Below, piece after piece: positions 11,377 through 21,114 of a stretch of DNA of 64,000 bases; the stretch's first letter is position 1; every line of letters begins with the position of its first letter. The position numbers were made by a program, and so were the translations under genes. The notes under the pieces are model-generated. The model searched no databases. It was not told where the DNA came from and saw only the letters and a list, made by a program, of their open reading frames with translations. Location of the stretch: assembly GCA_034530875.2 (NCBI GenBank), contig JAVRCJ020000015.1, positions 112,744-176,743 of the forward strand, read 5' to 3'. Source of the DNA: Nostoc sp. DedSLP01. GTDB taxonomy: Bacteria > Cyanobacteriota > Cyanobacteriia > Cyanobacteriales > Nostocaceae.

Positions 11377-11450
11377 GGAGATGGGGAAAAGGGAAAAGGA
11401 ATAAATTTAATCTTACCCCTTTCCCTTTCCCCATTCTTATGCCCCATGCC
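11376..11450. repeat. Purine/pyrimidine STRR-type inverted tract between convergent genes
   Basis: GGGGAAAAGGGAAAAGG...CCCCTTCCCTTTCCCC followed by ATGCCCC units; same family as 17307-17445 and 38207-38337. Confidence 0.7.
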
Positions 11451-12254
11451 CTACGGCTTATCAAACAAAAGCGGTTCTTTGGCAACATCATCTAAGCGAA
11501 TACTGGTTACCAAATTCTGCCACTGCGTCTGAACTGCGGTATCTTTAGGGTTTTTCTGTTGTAGTTCAGCCAGTGTTGCTAGTGCTTCGTACACTAGTCC
11601 TTTTTGGGCATAGATTGCATAGCGCTTTAGAGGATCTGCGTTTTCTAATTCTTTAGCTGTGGATTGATTGAGGTTAACTCGTTGGATTACACCTTCAACG
11701 TAAGTCCAAGGAGCATTTTTTTCTGGGTCGCAGTTGATACTGAAAAACCAACGATATTCTTTGTTTACTGGCAAGGCGGGAACAGTGTTAGGGAGAGAAA
11801 CGCGTATTACTCCTGGCTTATCTGGTGGAGCGATGGTTGTCCGGTAAATTTCCGTAGAGTCCGTGTTATCTTGCAGCACAAATTCCACAGCATAAGCCAC
11901 ATTTTTAGTATATGGCACATAGAAAAACCAACTTGGGCGTTCTAATGTCGTCTGTGCCCAAACATTAACCACCCCATCAGCTTCCTCTGTATATGGCACT
12001 ATAGCCGTGAGGTCAGGTTTAGCAGCTGGACATGTTTTGTCTCCCCGCGTAGCCCCACCCCGGACGCGTCCTCCAGGATTACCGCGGGGTGGAACTGGTT
12101 CTTTGTCAGAGGGTGGGGTTTGAGCAAGCACCATTTTAGAATGAGAGCGATCGCTAAATCCACCACCAAGACTCGAAGTCTCGCTAACTAGTAAACTGGT
12201 GCAGCTCAAACCTAGTATTAAAAATAGTTTTATCGGTTGTAAATTAGACTTCAT
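11451..12254 (-). CDS. DUF928 domain protein (secreted)
   Basis: N-terminal signal-like segment, GGATRG..CP, T..ERPSWFFYVPY, YRWFFSINC, YAQKGLVYEAL, WQNL..SIRL. Confidence 0.85.
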   Translation of the reverse strand: MKSNLQPIKLFLILGLSCTSLLVSETSSLGGGFSDRSHSKMVLAQTPPSDKEPVPPRGNPGGRVRGGATRGDKTCPAAKPDLTAIVPYTEEADGVVNVWAQTTLERPSWFFYVPYTKNVAYAVEFVLQDNTDSTEIYRTTIAPPDKPGVIRVSLPNTVPALPVNKEYRWFFSINCDPEKNAPWTYVEGVIQRVNLNQSTAKELENADPLKRYAIYAQKGLVYEALATLAELQQKNPKDTAVQTQWQNLVTSIRLDDVAKEPLLFDKP

Positions 12255-12382
12255 AAAAATATCACCTCATAGAATTTTAGATTGGACGCAAGGAATGCGA
12301 AATCGGCACAAGGAGAATAATTATTAACTCCTAACTCCTAACTCACCACTCCCAATACCTAAGCATTTATACTAAAAATTAC

Positions 12383-14695
12383 TTATTTTGTTTTTGAATT
12401 ATAAATTGACAGCAAGCCAAGGGTGACTAGCAAAGACAAAGCCGACGGTACAAAGGGTACCCAAGCTCCGGAAATTAACAGACCTAAGCAAACTATATAC
12501 AGAACGCTAAAAGTCGCACTGATTGCCAATGCTAACCAGGGTAAGGAAAGCTTTCGCCAAGCTAAGATTCCCCCGACTACAGACCAGCCCCAAATCCAGA
12601 TGACCTCCACCCATAGCGACCAAACCCGCAACAATGGACGGCCATTTTCCACAGCACTGAGAATTTGACTAACCATGTGCGCTTGTACCATCACTCCTGG
12701 CATTTGTTCATCCAAGGGAATTCCGTAGGGTGTCGGCCAAGTATCTGGAGAATCGCCTCTTGATATCACACCAATCAAAACAATTCTGTCTTTGACAGCA
12801 TTGGGATTAACGGGACTCGATAAGAATTGCGTTAAGTTGACTTGTTCGGCAATTTCCTTTGAGGAACGGTAGTTGAGCAAAACTTGACCGCCATTGGCAT
12901 CAATATTTTGATAGCCACCACTACGAGGGTTGAGATTTGGAAAAATAGCCTTACCCAACTGTAAATCCTGTTGGGGAGTGAAATGAACTCGAATTCCTGA
13001 AGGTTTTAGATATAGGGATGCTAGTTGTAGACTGAATGAGTAAGAGGTAGAACACAATGATGTTGCCTCTTGGCTCATGAATAGAAGATGGCGACGGATA
13101 ACTCCATCACGGTCGTGAATAAAGTCACTGAATCCGATCTTTGTTGGTGGAATTTCTGGTGGAGGCTCAATACTTCCAATCTTGGCTGTGCCATCGCTGC
13201 CTTTGCATACGCCAATCAAGTTGGCAGTTTTTTGCAGGCGAGAAATTAACTCTGGGTCTTTGGCCTTATAATCTCGGTAGATATCTAAACCGATCGCTCT
13301 CGGTTGGTACCGATTGAGTTTTTCTAAAAGTTTGTTTAGGGATTTTTCGGAAATCGAAGCTCCAATTAAGGACTCACCATTTTTTCTTTGAGTTGCTAGA
13401 TCGCTATCATCTATTGTGATTACCAGCAGTCGGGGATCTATTCCTTCTGGTGGACGCGATCGCATCATCTGGTCATAAGCTTGAATCTCTTGATTTTCTA
13501 ACGCTCCTAGCAATCTCGCTCCCACAACTAAGGCTGTAACTGCCAAAGTGGATAACAAAGCAATGCTAAATCTGCGTTTGATGGACACAGATAAATTCGG
13601 TTTCTCTTCAATTTGTGTAGACCTTAATTCATCCCAAGTCGGCGGTATCTGGGCTGGATTTTGACAAATCACTGGCAGCCAAGTCGCACAAGGAAACCTA
13701 TCTTCAAGTCCTTGCAAGCGTTCCCGTGCTTGGCGCACCGACTGATATAAAGATTCTCCACTAGCATAAGCTTGGAGAAAATACTTTAAAAACTCTTGAG
13801 CAACCTGGTCTGGAACAGGTTCGCGCATGACGATGATTTGAGGAATTTGCAAATCAGCCAATTCTCGCGCTAATCCCAATCCATCACAGGAATTGAATAT
13901 AGCCAGCTGCAAACCATTTTCTATGGCTTTCTTGAGAGCGTACTTTAATTCACCAATAGTGAGACTGTCAGTTTTATTTAGATAAATTCGTCCGCTTTCT
14001 CCATTTCCCTGACTAGAACTATGTCCGGCAAAAAAGAGAATATCCCAGTTTTTTCCCCAAAGATGGTCGGTTAATTCTTTGCGTTGTGGTTCGACAATAA
14101 AGCTAACTTCGGCGTTGTGACATTGTTGCAATAAAACTCGGTCGGCTTGGGTGTCAATTCCTTGACTATTACCGACAATGGCCAAGATGTTGACTAAAGG
14201 ATTGGGGGCGCGTGACTTATGAATGCGATCGTAGGTTGGTGAAGAAAGAGCGATTTCAGCTTTTGGGTAGCGTTCTAATAAATCCCACAAATGCCAGGGT
14301 AATAGCTGCAATTGGCTATTTTCTGTTTGTAAAATTACTCGCACTTCTTCCGTAGAAGACAACCTTTCTAACCATTTTTCCCTTACAGAGCGAAATTCCT
14401 CTGCTTTTAACCAGGTATTAAACCGTGCCCGTAAAATATGAGAAGTGTTCTCGCAGTCTTGGATCATCGATACATTTGTCACCTGCATTTGCTCGGCATG
14501 GAGGCGATAACGACTGCCTATCTGTCGATAGCTAGACTGCCAATGACTGTAATAGAGAGGCATTTCGGGAAATGGAGGTAACTTGCCCGTAATCTCTGTG
14601 GCAGCACGCTCGTGTTCTTCACCAATTTGGAGGGTGACAGCAAATCCTTGCTCAAAACTACCCTCTCCGAATTTCAGAACTACTAACTTACCCAT
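12383..14695 (-). CDS. CHAT (caspase-HetF-like) protease plus CHASE2 sensor membrane protein
   Basis: CHAT signature LPWHLW, FFAGHS and FNSCDG, then a TM helix. CHASE2 motifs AYDQMMR...DPRLLVITID, IGLDIYRD, D.DGVIRR, PGVMVQAHMVSQIL follow, with C-terminal TM helices. Confidence 0.9.
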   Translation of the reverse strand: MGKLVVLKFGEGSFEQGFAVTLQIGEEHERAATEITGKLPPFPEMPLYYSHWQSSYRQIGSRYRLHAEQMQVTNVSMIQDCENTSHILRARFNTWLKAEEFRSVREKWLERLSSTEEVRVILQTENSQLQLLPWHLWDLLERYPKAEIALSSPTYDRIHKSRAPNPLVNILAIVGNSQGIDTQADRVLLQQCHNAEVSFIVEPQRKELTDHLWGKNWDILFFAGHSSSQGNGESGRIYLNKTDSLTIGELKYALKKAIENGLQLAIFNSCDGLGLARELADLQIPQIIVMREPVPDQVAQEFLKYFLQAYASGESLYQSVRQARERLQGLEDRFPCATWLPVICQNPAQIPPTWDELRSTQIEEKPNLSVSIKRRFSIALLSTLAVTALVVGARLLGALENQEIQAYDQMMRSRPPEGIDPRLLVITIDDSDLATQRKNGESLIGASISEKSLNKLLEKLNRYQPRAIGLDIYRDYKAKDPELISRLQKTANLIGVCKGSDGTAKIGSIEPPPEIPPTKIGFSDFIHDRDGVIRRHLLFMSQEATSLCSTSYSFSLQLASLYLKPSGIRVHFTPQQDLQLGKAIFPNLNPRSGGYQNIDANGGQVLLNYRSSKEIAEQVNLTQFLSSPVNPNAVKDRIVLIGVISRGDSPDTWPTPYGIPLDEQMPGVMVQAHMVSQILSAVENGRPLLRVWSLWVEVIWIWGWSVVGGILAWRKLSLPWLALAISATFSVLYIVCLGLLISGAWVPFVPSALSLLVTLGLLSIYNSKTK

Positions 14696-14868
14696 GACTG
14701 TCGCTATCCCTCTTCCTGTGCAAAATCACAAACTTCTGATGTCTGATGACAAGCTGCAAAAGCGCGTACAGAACTTTGTTGAAAATTTCAAAAAATTGTT
14801 TTGAATGTTTAATTCATGAATCGATCGCTTAATAAATTACCAACAAAGAGGGAAGATAGCTAGATGTT

Positions 14869-15837
14869 TTAAATCCGGAAATGTTCGGTAATACTAGTAC
14901 CATTCAATGCTACCCTAACGCTAAATTCTTCTTTGGCTTCACCGCGAAACTGTAACTGAACGTAATTGTCCGATCTTCTAGATTGAGCATCTAAAAATAC
15001 TTCTCCAGAACTATCGAGAACTGTCAGATGAACTCCTGGTGGTAAATAGATTTGACTACCAGTAGCGTGTAATTGCAGGAGGACGCTAGTTTGTCCATTC
15101 TTTTCCGGGCTGATTTCTACAATCAACATCACGGGTTGATTGAGAATTTGAATACCCAAATCAATTAGTTTTGCACGTTTAGTAAATGATTCTGGGCGGT
15201 CGAGAGTATTTAGTTCCGCAGTTTCAGGACTACGAAAAGCATAAGCTGGTCTAAGTTCTGGCAGATTCCACAAAGATTCAACACTTTGCCAGCCGGTCTC
15301 AAATATACCTGCAAACCACTGACTCAAATTCACCAGTGACGTGAGTAGAGATTCCCGTAGTTGTGCTATATGGTCGATGAATGCTTCCAATGGTTGCAGT
15401 TGTCTCAAAGGTAGTGTTTCAGTTGCGACGCTAGGCACAAAACCTAGTAACTTCGCTTCTTCAAGCGATTCATCAAATTCAACCACCAAATAACCCACTC
15501 GTTCTTCCCAGGTTTCCGGAGGAATGGAACATGTATGCTGATGTTTGCGAACAGGCCGACACTCCAGACGACCAATTGAGGGTACTTCTAAATCAGCTAC
15601 ATCTGTGCACAGGCGCATAACGGGGTTCCAACTATCGCTAGCTGGGAGATTGGTTGGAATATCCATCATTTCCAAATAATCATTCACCACCCATACAGCT
15701 AGAGTATTCAGCCGCACTTGTTCTGCTTTTTGAGAACTTGGCTGCTCGCTAGCAAATTGCTGGGCAATTCTACGAGCTGTTTTAGAAATTGGCAATGTTA
15801 ATGTGAAATCTTCTAGCTGATAGGTGGAGTTATTCAT
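14869..15837 (-). CDS. DUF1822 family protein
   Basis: KAEQVRLNTLAVWVVNDYL, DVADLEVPSIGRLECRPV, ERVGYLVVEFD..L.EA.LLGF, VNLSQWF.GIFE.GWQ. Confidence 0.85.
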   Translation of the reverse strand: MNNSTYQLEDFTLTLPISKTARRIAQQFASEQPSSQKAEQVRLNTLAVWVVNDYLEMMDIPTNLPASDSWNPVMRLCTDVADLEVPSIGRLECRPVRKHQHTCSIPPETWEERVGYLVVEFDESLEEAKLLGFVPSVATETLPLRQLQPLEAFIDHIAQLRESLLTSLVNLSQWFAGIFETGWQSVESLWNLPELRPAYAFRSPETAELNTLDRPESFTKRAKLIDLGIQILNQPVMLIVEISPEKNGQTSVLLQLHATGSQIYLPPGVHLTVLDSSGEVFLDAQSRRSDNYVQLQFRGEAKEEFSVRVALNGTSITEHFRI

Positions 15838-15928
15838 AAGTCAGTCCCTAACGATCGACGCTGCTATATACATATCGCCCGCATTCACTAAATTTATGCC
15901 ACAAAATAATCATTTTTGAAAAATAGAA

Positions 15929-16123
15929 TTGGGCATTGGGCATTGGGCATTGGGTATGGGGTATGCAAGATGATGAGAGAGGTTTAAAACTGAAAGTTTC
16001 AAGTTCAAAGGTTTAACCTTCGAGTTCAAAAGCTCAATGTTTGAGTTCAGATGTTCGCCATTCAAGCTCAAAACTTCAACCCTCAAGTTCGGAGTTTCAA
16101 GGCATCTACCCCATGCCGAATGC
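15929..16123. repeat. STRR-flanked degenerate 21-nt tandem array (about 5 units)
   Basis: A TGGGCAT tract, the leader AAGATGATGAGAGAGGTTTAAAACTGAAAGTTT, units such as AAGTTCAAAGGTTTAACCTTC and GAGTTCAAAAGCTCAATGTTT at 16001-16105, then CCCCATGCC. Confidence 0.65.
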
Positions 16124-16264
16124 GCGATCGCTATTTTTAAGTTGCAGCATCTTACTCTAGAATTTCAGTTTAAAATAACTAAGTCAATATTCAAACTCAG
16201 GTTTATTTCAGTATCTCAGTTGATAAACACTAAAACTGACGATGCTGGAAATATCAAGCAAAAT

Positions 16265-17305
16265 ATGGCTGCAAAAATCCCGGTCACGGTAATCACAGGC
16301 TTTTTAGGCAGTGGAAAAACTAGCTTAATTCGCCACCTGCTACAAAACAACCAAGGACGCCGCATTGCCGTTATAGTCAACGAATTTGGCGAACTCGGTA
16401 TTGATGGCGAATTGTTAAAATCCTGTCAAATTTGCCCTGAGGATGGTGAAGATGACAGTAATATTTTTGAATTAACTAACGGCTGCTTATGCTGTACCGT
16501 CCAGGAAGAGTTTTACCCGACGATGCAACAGTTGATTAAGCGGCGGGATAGCATTGATTGTATTTTGATTGAAACTTCTGGTTTAGCGTTACCAAAACCG
16601 CTAGTGAAAGCTTTTCGCTGGCAGGATATTCGCAATGCAGCCACCGTGGATGCGGTGATTACTGTAGTTGATTGTGCGGCAGTAGCAGCAGGCACATTTG
16701 CTAGCGATCCAGAGGCGATCGCAGCCCAGCGACAAGCAGATGATAGTATCGAACACGAAACGCCTTTGCAGGAACTATTTGAAGACCAACTTGCGTGTGC
16801 AGATTTAGTAGTGTTGAATAAAACCGACTTGGTAGACGCCGAGACGAAAGCTAAAGTCGAGGAATCTATTAAACAAGAGTTGCCCAGAGTGGTAAAGATT
16901 GTCGAGAGCGATCGCTCTCAGCTTGACGCATCTATATTATTAGGATTCCAAGCCGCAGTAGAAGACAACCTAGATTCTCGTCCCAGCCATCACGACACCG
17001 AAGAAGACCACGACCACGACGAACAAATTACCTCAGCCAATTTAATATTAGATCGTGCCTTTGACCCAGAAAAGCTGCAACAGCAGTTGCAAGTATTAGC
17101 GCAGGAACAAGAAATTTATCGAATCAAAGGCTTCGTAGCAGTACCAAACAAACCCATGCGCTTAGTGATGCAAGGCGTCGGAACCAGATTTGATAAATTT
17201 TACGATCGCCCCTGGCAACCTGAAGAAGCCAGACAAACCCGCTTGGTTTTCATCGGCCGCGATTTAAAATCTTCAGAAATCGAATCCCAACTTGTAGCGT
17301 TATAA
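16265..17305 (+). CDS. cobW: Cobalamin biosynthesis GTPase CobW (COG0523)
   Basis: KIPVTVITGFLGSGKT, VNEFGELGID, NGCLCCTV, IETSGLA, His-rich HHDTEEDHDHDE. ATG at 16265; the upstream ORF extension runs through a repeat. Confidence 0.93.
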   Translation: MAAKIPVTVITGFLGSGKTSLIRHLLQNNQGRRIAVIVNEFGELGIDGELLKSCQICPEDGEDDSNIFELTNGCLCCTVQEEFYPTMQQLIKRRDSIDCILIETSGLALPKPLVKAFRWQDIRNAATVDAVITVVDCAAVAAGTFASDPEAIAAQRQADDSIEHETPLQELFEDQLACADLVVLNKTDLVDAETKAKVEESIKQELPRVVKIVESDRSQLDASILLGFQAAVEDNLDSRPSHHDTEEDHDHDEQITSANLILDRAFDPEKLQQQLQVLAQEQEIYRIKGFVAVPNKPMRLVMQGVGTRFDKFYDRPWQPEEARQTRLVFIGRDLKSSEIESQLVAL

Positions 17306-17306
17306 A

Positions 17307-17445
17307 TGGGCATTGGGAATGGGGAAAGGGGTAAGGGGGAAAGGGGAAAGATTATATTTATTCCTTTTCCCTTTTCCCTTTAACCTTTTCCCCTGCTCCT
17401 TTGCCCCTTGCCTCCCCTGCTCCCCTGCCCCATTCCCCATTCCCC
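17307..17445. repeat. Composite STRR inverted tract
   Basis: GGGGAAAGGGGTAAGGGGGAAAGGGG...TTCCTTTTCCCTTTTCCCTTTAACCTTTTCCCC; a near-identical copy lies at 38207-38337. Confidence 0.75.
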
Positions 17446-17458
17446 ACTTTACAAAACT

Positions 17459-17920
17459 ATGATGATTTCCGAAATATTTAACATTGCAAATCTTTTCGTT
17501 TTGCCTTTTTGGACTTTGATGATTTTATTGCCAAATTGGAAAGTGACGCAGCGAATTATGGCGTCATATTTGCCTTTTGTGCTATTGGCTGGAGTCTATT
17601 TGTATTTCTTTATCAACAGCGTTACGGCAGAAAACGCTCAAGATTTCTCAAATCTTGAATTAGCTAATATTGCTCGACTTTTTGCGGATGAGAAAGTTGC
17701 AGCAGCGGGTTGGGTTCATTATTTGGTGATGGATTTATTTGTCGGCCGCTGGATATATTTGGAAGGTCAAAAAACAGGTATTTGGACAATTCATTCCCTA
17801 GCTTTGTGTTTCTTTGCTGGCCCTTTGGGATTACTATCTCATATCTTGACTGACTTGATATCTAAGAAATTTTTGTCGAAGTCTCAGGAGAATGAAGGCG
17901 TGACAGCAGCAGAATCATGA
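17459..17920 (+). CDS. ABA4-like (DUF4281) membrane protein
   Basis: FVLPFWTLMILLPNW, GWVHYLVMDLFVGRWIY, HSLALCFFAGPLGLLSH; ATG at 17459. Confidence 0.88.
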   Translation: MMISEIFNIANLFVLPFWTLMILLPNWKVTQRIMASYLPFVLLAGVYLYFFINSVTAENAQDFSNLELANIARLFADEKVAAAGWVHYLVMDLFVGRWIYLEGQKTGIWTIHSLALCFFAGPLGLLSHILTDLISKKFLSKSQENEGVTAAES

Positions 17921-18020
17921 ATGCCATCGCTCGGCATATAGTTGAGTAGTAGCAAGCATAGCTGTAATTTGAAGATATTAGCGATGCTATTCCTATGGGC
18001 GGTGTAAAATAATCGAAAAG

Positions 18021-18092
18021 TGGGTGACCTGAGATTCGAACTCAGAACCAGCGGATTAAGAGTCCGATGCTCTACCGTTGAGCTAGTCACCC
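18021..18092 (-). tRNA. trnK: tRNA-Lys (anticodon CTT), CCA not encoded
   Basis: Reverse complement GGGTGACTAGCTCAACGGTAGAGCATCGGACTCTTAATCCGCTGGTTCTGAGTTCGAATCTCAGGTCACCCA: acceptor stem GGGTGAC/GTCACCC, T-loop GTTCGAATC, anticodon loop CT-CTT-AA. Confidence 0.96.
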
Positions 18093-18156
18093 ACACAAAA
18101 AAATATACTAGCAAACTTCTCATAAATTTGCTAGTGTAACAGCCGAATAAAACCAT

Positions 18157-20400
18157 TTAAACCGGAAGTTTGACAATAAAGGTGGTTTGACCTGCTGCAC
18201 TCTCTACACTAATTGAGCCGCCTAAATGTTTGACCATTTTCTGTACTAATGCCAATTCCAGTCCGGTACCGCTGTGTTTCCAAGGGTCGTGTTTGGCAAA
18301 GTGATAAAAAGGCTCAAAAATCCGTGATACTTCGTTGTCGGTAAGTTCGATTCCAGAATTGGTAATCTTCAGTTCTATGGCATCGGCTATCTGTTCGGCC
18401 GCAACTGTAATCGATTTGCCTGCTGGGGTGTACTTACAGGCGTGGTTGAGTAATTCGGTGACAATCCGCTCTAGGTCTGTGATATCTGTTTCTAAAAGTG
18501 GCAGGGTGCGATCGATAATTAGGTTTAACTGCTGGCGCTGGCAGTTGGCAACATCTCGAAACGTTTCTATGATGGGGCAAAGCCAGGTTTGTAAGTCAAT
18601 GGTGATTAAAGTTGGCGGATTTGGTTCGGCTGCTAAAGATGTGAGCGTAAGTAAGTCGTTAATTAATTTGTTCTCTCGCGCACACTCGTTATGCAATATC
18701 TGTAAAAGCTGCGGAACTATTTCTATATCTAATATTTCTTTTGGCGTAAGGACGCTTTCGAGAGTTTGGGCGGCGAGGCTGATGCTAGTGATTGGCGTCC
18801 GCAGTTCTTGGGAGAGGGTTCTAAGAAATTCGTTTTTTAGTCGTTCGAGTTTTTCTAATTCTTTTACCTGCGCCTGGGTTTTTTGATAAAGTTGTCCTTG
18901 ACGAATAGCGATCGCACATTCATTAGCAATTTGCTGCACTAGCCCCACTTCAAATTCATCAAAGGCTTCTTGTGTTGGTCTTGTCAGCCAAATATTTCCC
19001 ACAATTCCTTGAGTATCAAAAATTGGACAAGCCATTTGAGCAACAACCAATAATTTTGGTTGCCATCCAGGTACAATTTCTAAAAATTGCAAAGGTTGTT
19101 TTTGCAATAGTGGTTGATAAACTTCGGGACGGTCTGCGACTTGTTTGGTCAATCCCAAACACTTGGGTAAATTGGTCGTCGATTCGTAAGTAATATTTAC
19201 TAAAGTTTGGCAGTTGCTATAAAGTTCAATTTGGCAGCGGTCAAGTTTGAGTAACTGGACTAATTCCTGGGTAACTGTCTGCAACACTTGACTTTCATCC
19301 ACGCTATCGCGGATTTGTTCTGTCATCTGTCGCACCAAAGCTTGAAAGTTTCGTACTTGCTGCAACTGATTGATGTGCTTTTGTTTGTGCAAAACCATCT
19401 TGGCTTTGAACTCTTCTAGTTGCTGATGAAGTTCTGCCTGTTGGATGGCAATGCCGATTTGAGTTGCCAGTTGCTTGAGTAAATCGGTTTCTGTTTGCTG
19501 CCATTGACGAGGTTGGTGGCAATGCTGGGCAATCAACAGCCCCCACACCTCTTGTTTAAAGAAAATTGGCACGACTAGATTGGCTCTCACCTGCAAAGAG
19601 GCGAGAAAATTTTCATAGCAAGGATGCAATCCAGCTGTATGAATATCTTCAATAACTTGAATGTAACCTTGGCTATAGTGTTCTTGATATTTGCTATCAA
19701 AGCAGAGATCGCCGATGTTTTTACCCAACAGCGGATCGCTATTAGCCGCAGTTGATTCAGCAATAACTACTCCGCTATTATCACCAGCAAAGCGATAAAT
19801 TAGCACGCGATCGCTCTTTAAAAACTGCCGCAATTCTTGTGTTGTTTGATGCAGAATTGTCTCTAATTCTACAGATTGGTGAATCCTAGAGGCGATCGCT
19901 TCTAATAATTGTTCGCGTTGTGCTTCAATTCCTTGTTCTGCTTGCTTAATATGAGTGATATTAATACTAGTACCAATCAATCGATAAATCCTAGAACTAT
20001 CATCCCGTAATGGAGTCAGAGTTGTACTCCACCAGGTAGGAACTCCCTGCAATTGCAAACATTGTTCGTAAGAAATTGTTTTGCCAAATAGCACGCAGTC
20101 AGTATAACGCTGACGCACTCTAGCAGCATCAATGGGCGAGAGAATATCCTCTGGTTTTTTGCCACGCAGATCGTCTGAGCTAATGCCTAGCAAGCGTTCG
20201 TGAGTGGGATTTAGCGCTACATATCGAAAATCTCCATCCTCTAACACATCCACTACAAATATTGATGCTGCTAGAGAATCGTACATGCTCAGTAGAAACT
20301 GCTCGCTACTACTTTTTTTATCTGCTTCTGTGCCGAAGAGAATCTGAGGAGGTGATAGTTGTGTCAACTCGATAGTTGATTCAGTCGGATTTAGATTCAT
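18157..20400 (-). CDS. PAS-GAF(cyanobacteriochrome-type)-GAF histidine-kinase-like protein with a degenerate H-box
   Basis: PAS (WWSTTLTPLRD), GAF1 DRVLIYRF...DLCF...HPCY...VRANLVVPI, second GAF, HisKA SQELRTP, HATPase ELLNHACKYT and GTGLEL. Likely start is ATG 20400; the ORF track starts at 20514. Confidence 0.88.
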   Translation of the reverse strand: MNLNPTESTIELTQLSPPQILFGTEADKKSSSEQFLLSMYDSLAASIFVVDVLEDGDFRYVALNPTHERLLGISSDDLRGKKPEDILSPIDAARVRQRYTDCVLFGKTISYEQCLQLQGVPTWWSTTLTPLRDDSSRIYRLIGTSINITHIKQAEQGIEAQREQLLEAIASRIHQSVELETILHQTTQELRQFLKSDRVLIYRFAGDNSGVVIAESTAANSDPLLGKNIGDLCFDSKYQEHYSQGYIQVIEDIHTAGLHPCYENFLASLQVRANLVVPIFFKQEVWGLLIAQHCHQPRQWQQTETDLLKQLATQIGIAIQQAELHQQLEEFKAKMVLHKQKHINQLQQVRNFQALVRQMTEQIRDSVDESQVLQTVTQELVQLLKLDRCQIELYSNCQTLVNITYESTTNLPKCLGLTKQVADRPEVYQPLLQKQPLQFLEIVPGWQPKLLVVAQMACPIFDTQGIVGNIWLTRPTQEAFDEFEVGLVQQIANECAIAIRQGQLYQKTQAQVKELEKLERLKNEFLRTLSQELRTPITSISLAAQTLESVLTPKEILDIEIVPQLLQILHNECARENKLINDLLTLTSLAAEPNPPTLITIDLQTWLCPIIETFRDVANCQRQQLNLIIDRTLPLLETDITDLERIVTELLNHACKYTPAGKSITVAAEQIADAIELKITNSGIELTDNEVSRIFEPFYHFAKHDPWKHSGTGLELALVQKMVKHLGGSISVESAAGQTTFIVKLPV

Positions 20401-20828
20401 GCGAGAGTCCCTGTCTGGTATTACTGACTCATGTAGGCGCTCTCTTGTAGCTATGCCTGTAGTAGATGCACTTAGGCGCCTAAGGCAAAGTGTTGTCAGC
20501 CGTTGCTCATCCAAATTTGGTTAACGAAGGCAGGAGGCAGAGGGCAGGAGGCAGCAGGCCGTTTTTGGAACGAGGATTTATACCCCGTTCCAAAAACTTT
20601 TCGCCTTAAAAGGCGAGGTTTTAGACCCGATTGTTTCGATAATTGTTTACTTACAATTGAGAAATTAAGAAAGCTAGTAGGAGTCAGCTTAACAAATCCT
20701 GCTTTTTGAAGGCGAAAATGCATTGCAGGTAAGTAAAAATTCCCTGATTTTGCACGGTTTTTCAAAATTCTTGCATATACTTAGGTACAGTCATCAAATT
20801 ATATCAATTAAATTCACAATTTTTAATA

Positions 20829-21113
20829 TTGGGCATCGGGCATTGGGCATTGGGGAGTATAAGAGTGGAGTTTAGAGATTCGTCGGTGAATATCAAAGGT
20901 TCATCGGTGAATATCAAAGGTTCATCGGCGAATATCAAAGGTTCATCGGCGAATATCAAAGGTTCATTCACGAATATCAAAGGTTCATCAGCGAATATCA
21001 AAGGTTCATCAGCGAATATCAAAGGTTCATCAGCGAATATCAAAGGTTCATTCACAAATATCAAAGGTTCATCGGCGAATATCAAAGACTCATGCCCAAT
21101 GCCCCATACCCCA
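20829..21113. repeat. 21-nt tandem array (about 10 units) between inverted STRR tracts
   Basis: GAATATCAAAGGTTCATC(G/A)GC-type units from 20888 to about 21093, flanked by TGGGCAT units on the left and ATGCCCA/ATGCCCC on the right. Confidence 0.9.
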
Positions 21114-21114
21114 T

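Noticed and set aside
16037..16264. N-terminal extension of CobW, or a cobalamin riboswitch
   Set aside because: The extension is translated repeat DNA, and no B12-box-like motif (GGGAA...GCCCCCGC.ACTGT) is visible.
17884..18156. 90-aa ORF
   Set aside because: It overlaps tRNA-Lys and is spurious.
20888..21093. CRISPR array
   Set aside because: The units are contiguous 21-mers with no unique spacers, and there are no cas genes in the window.
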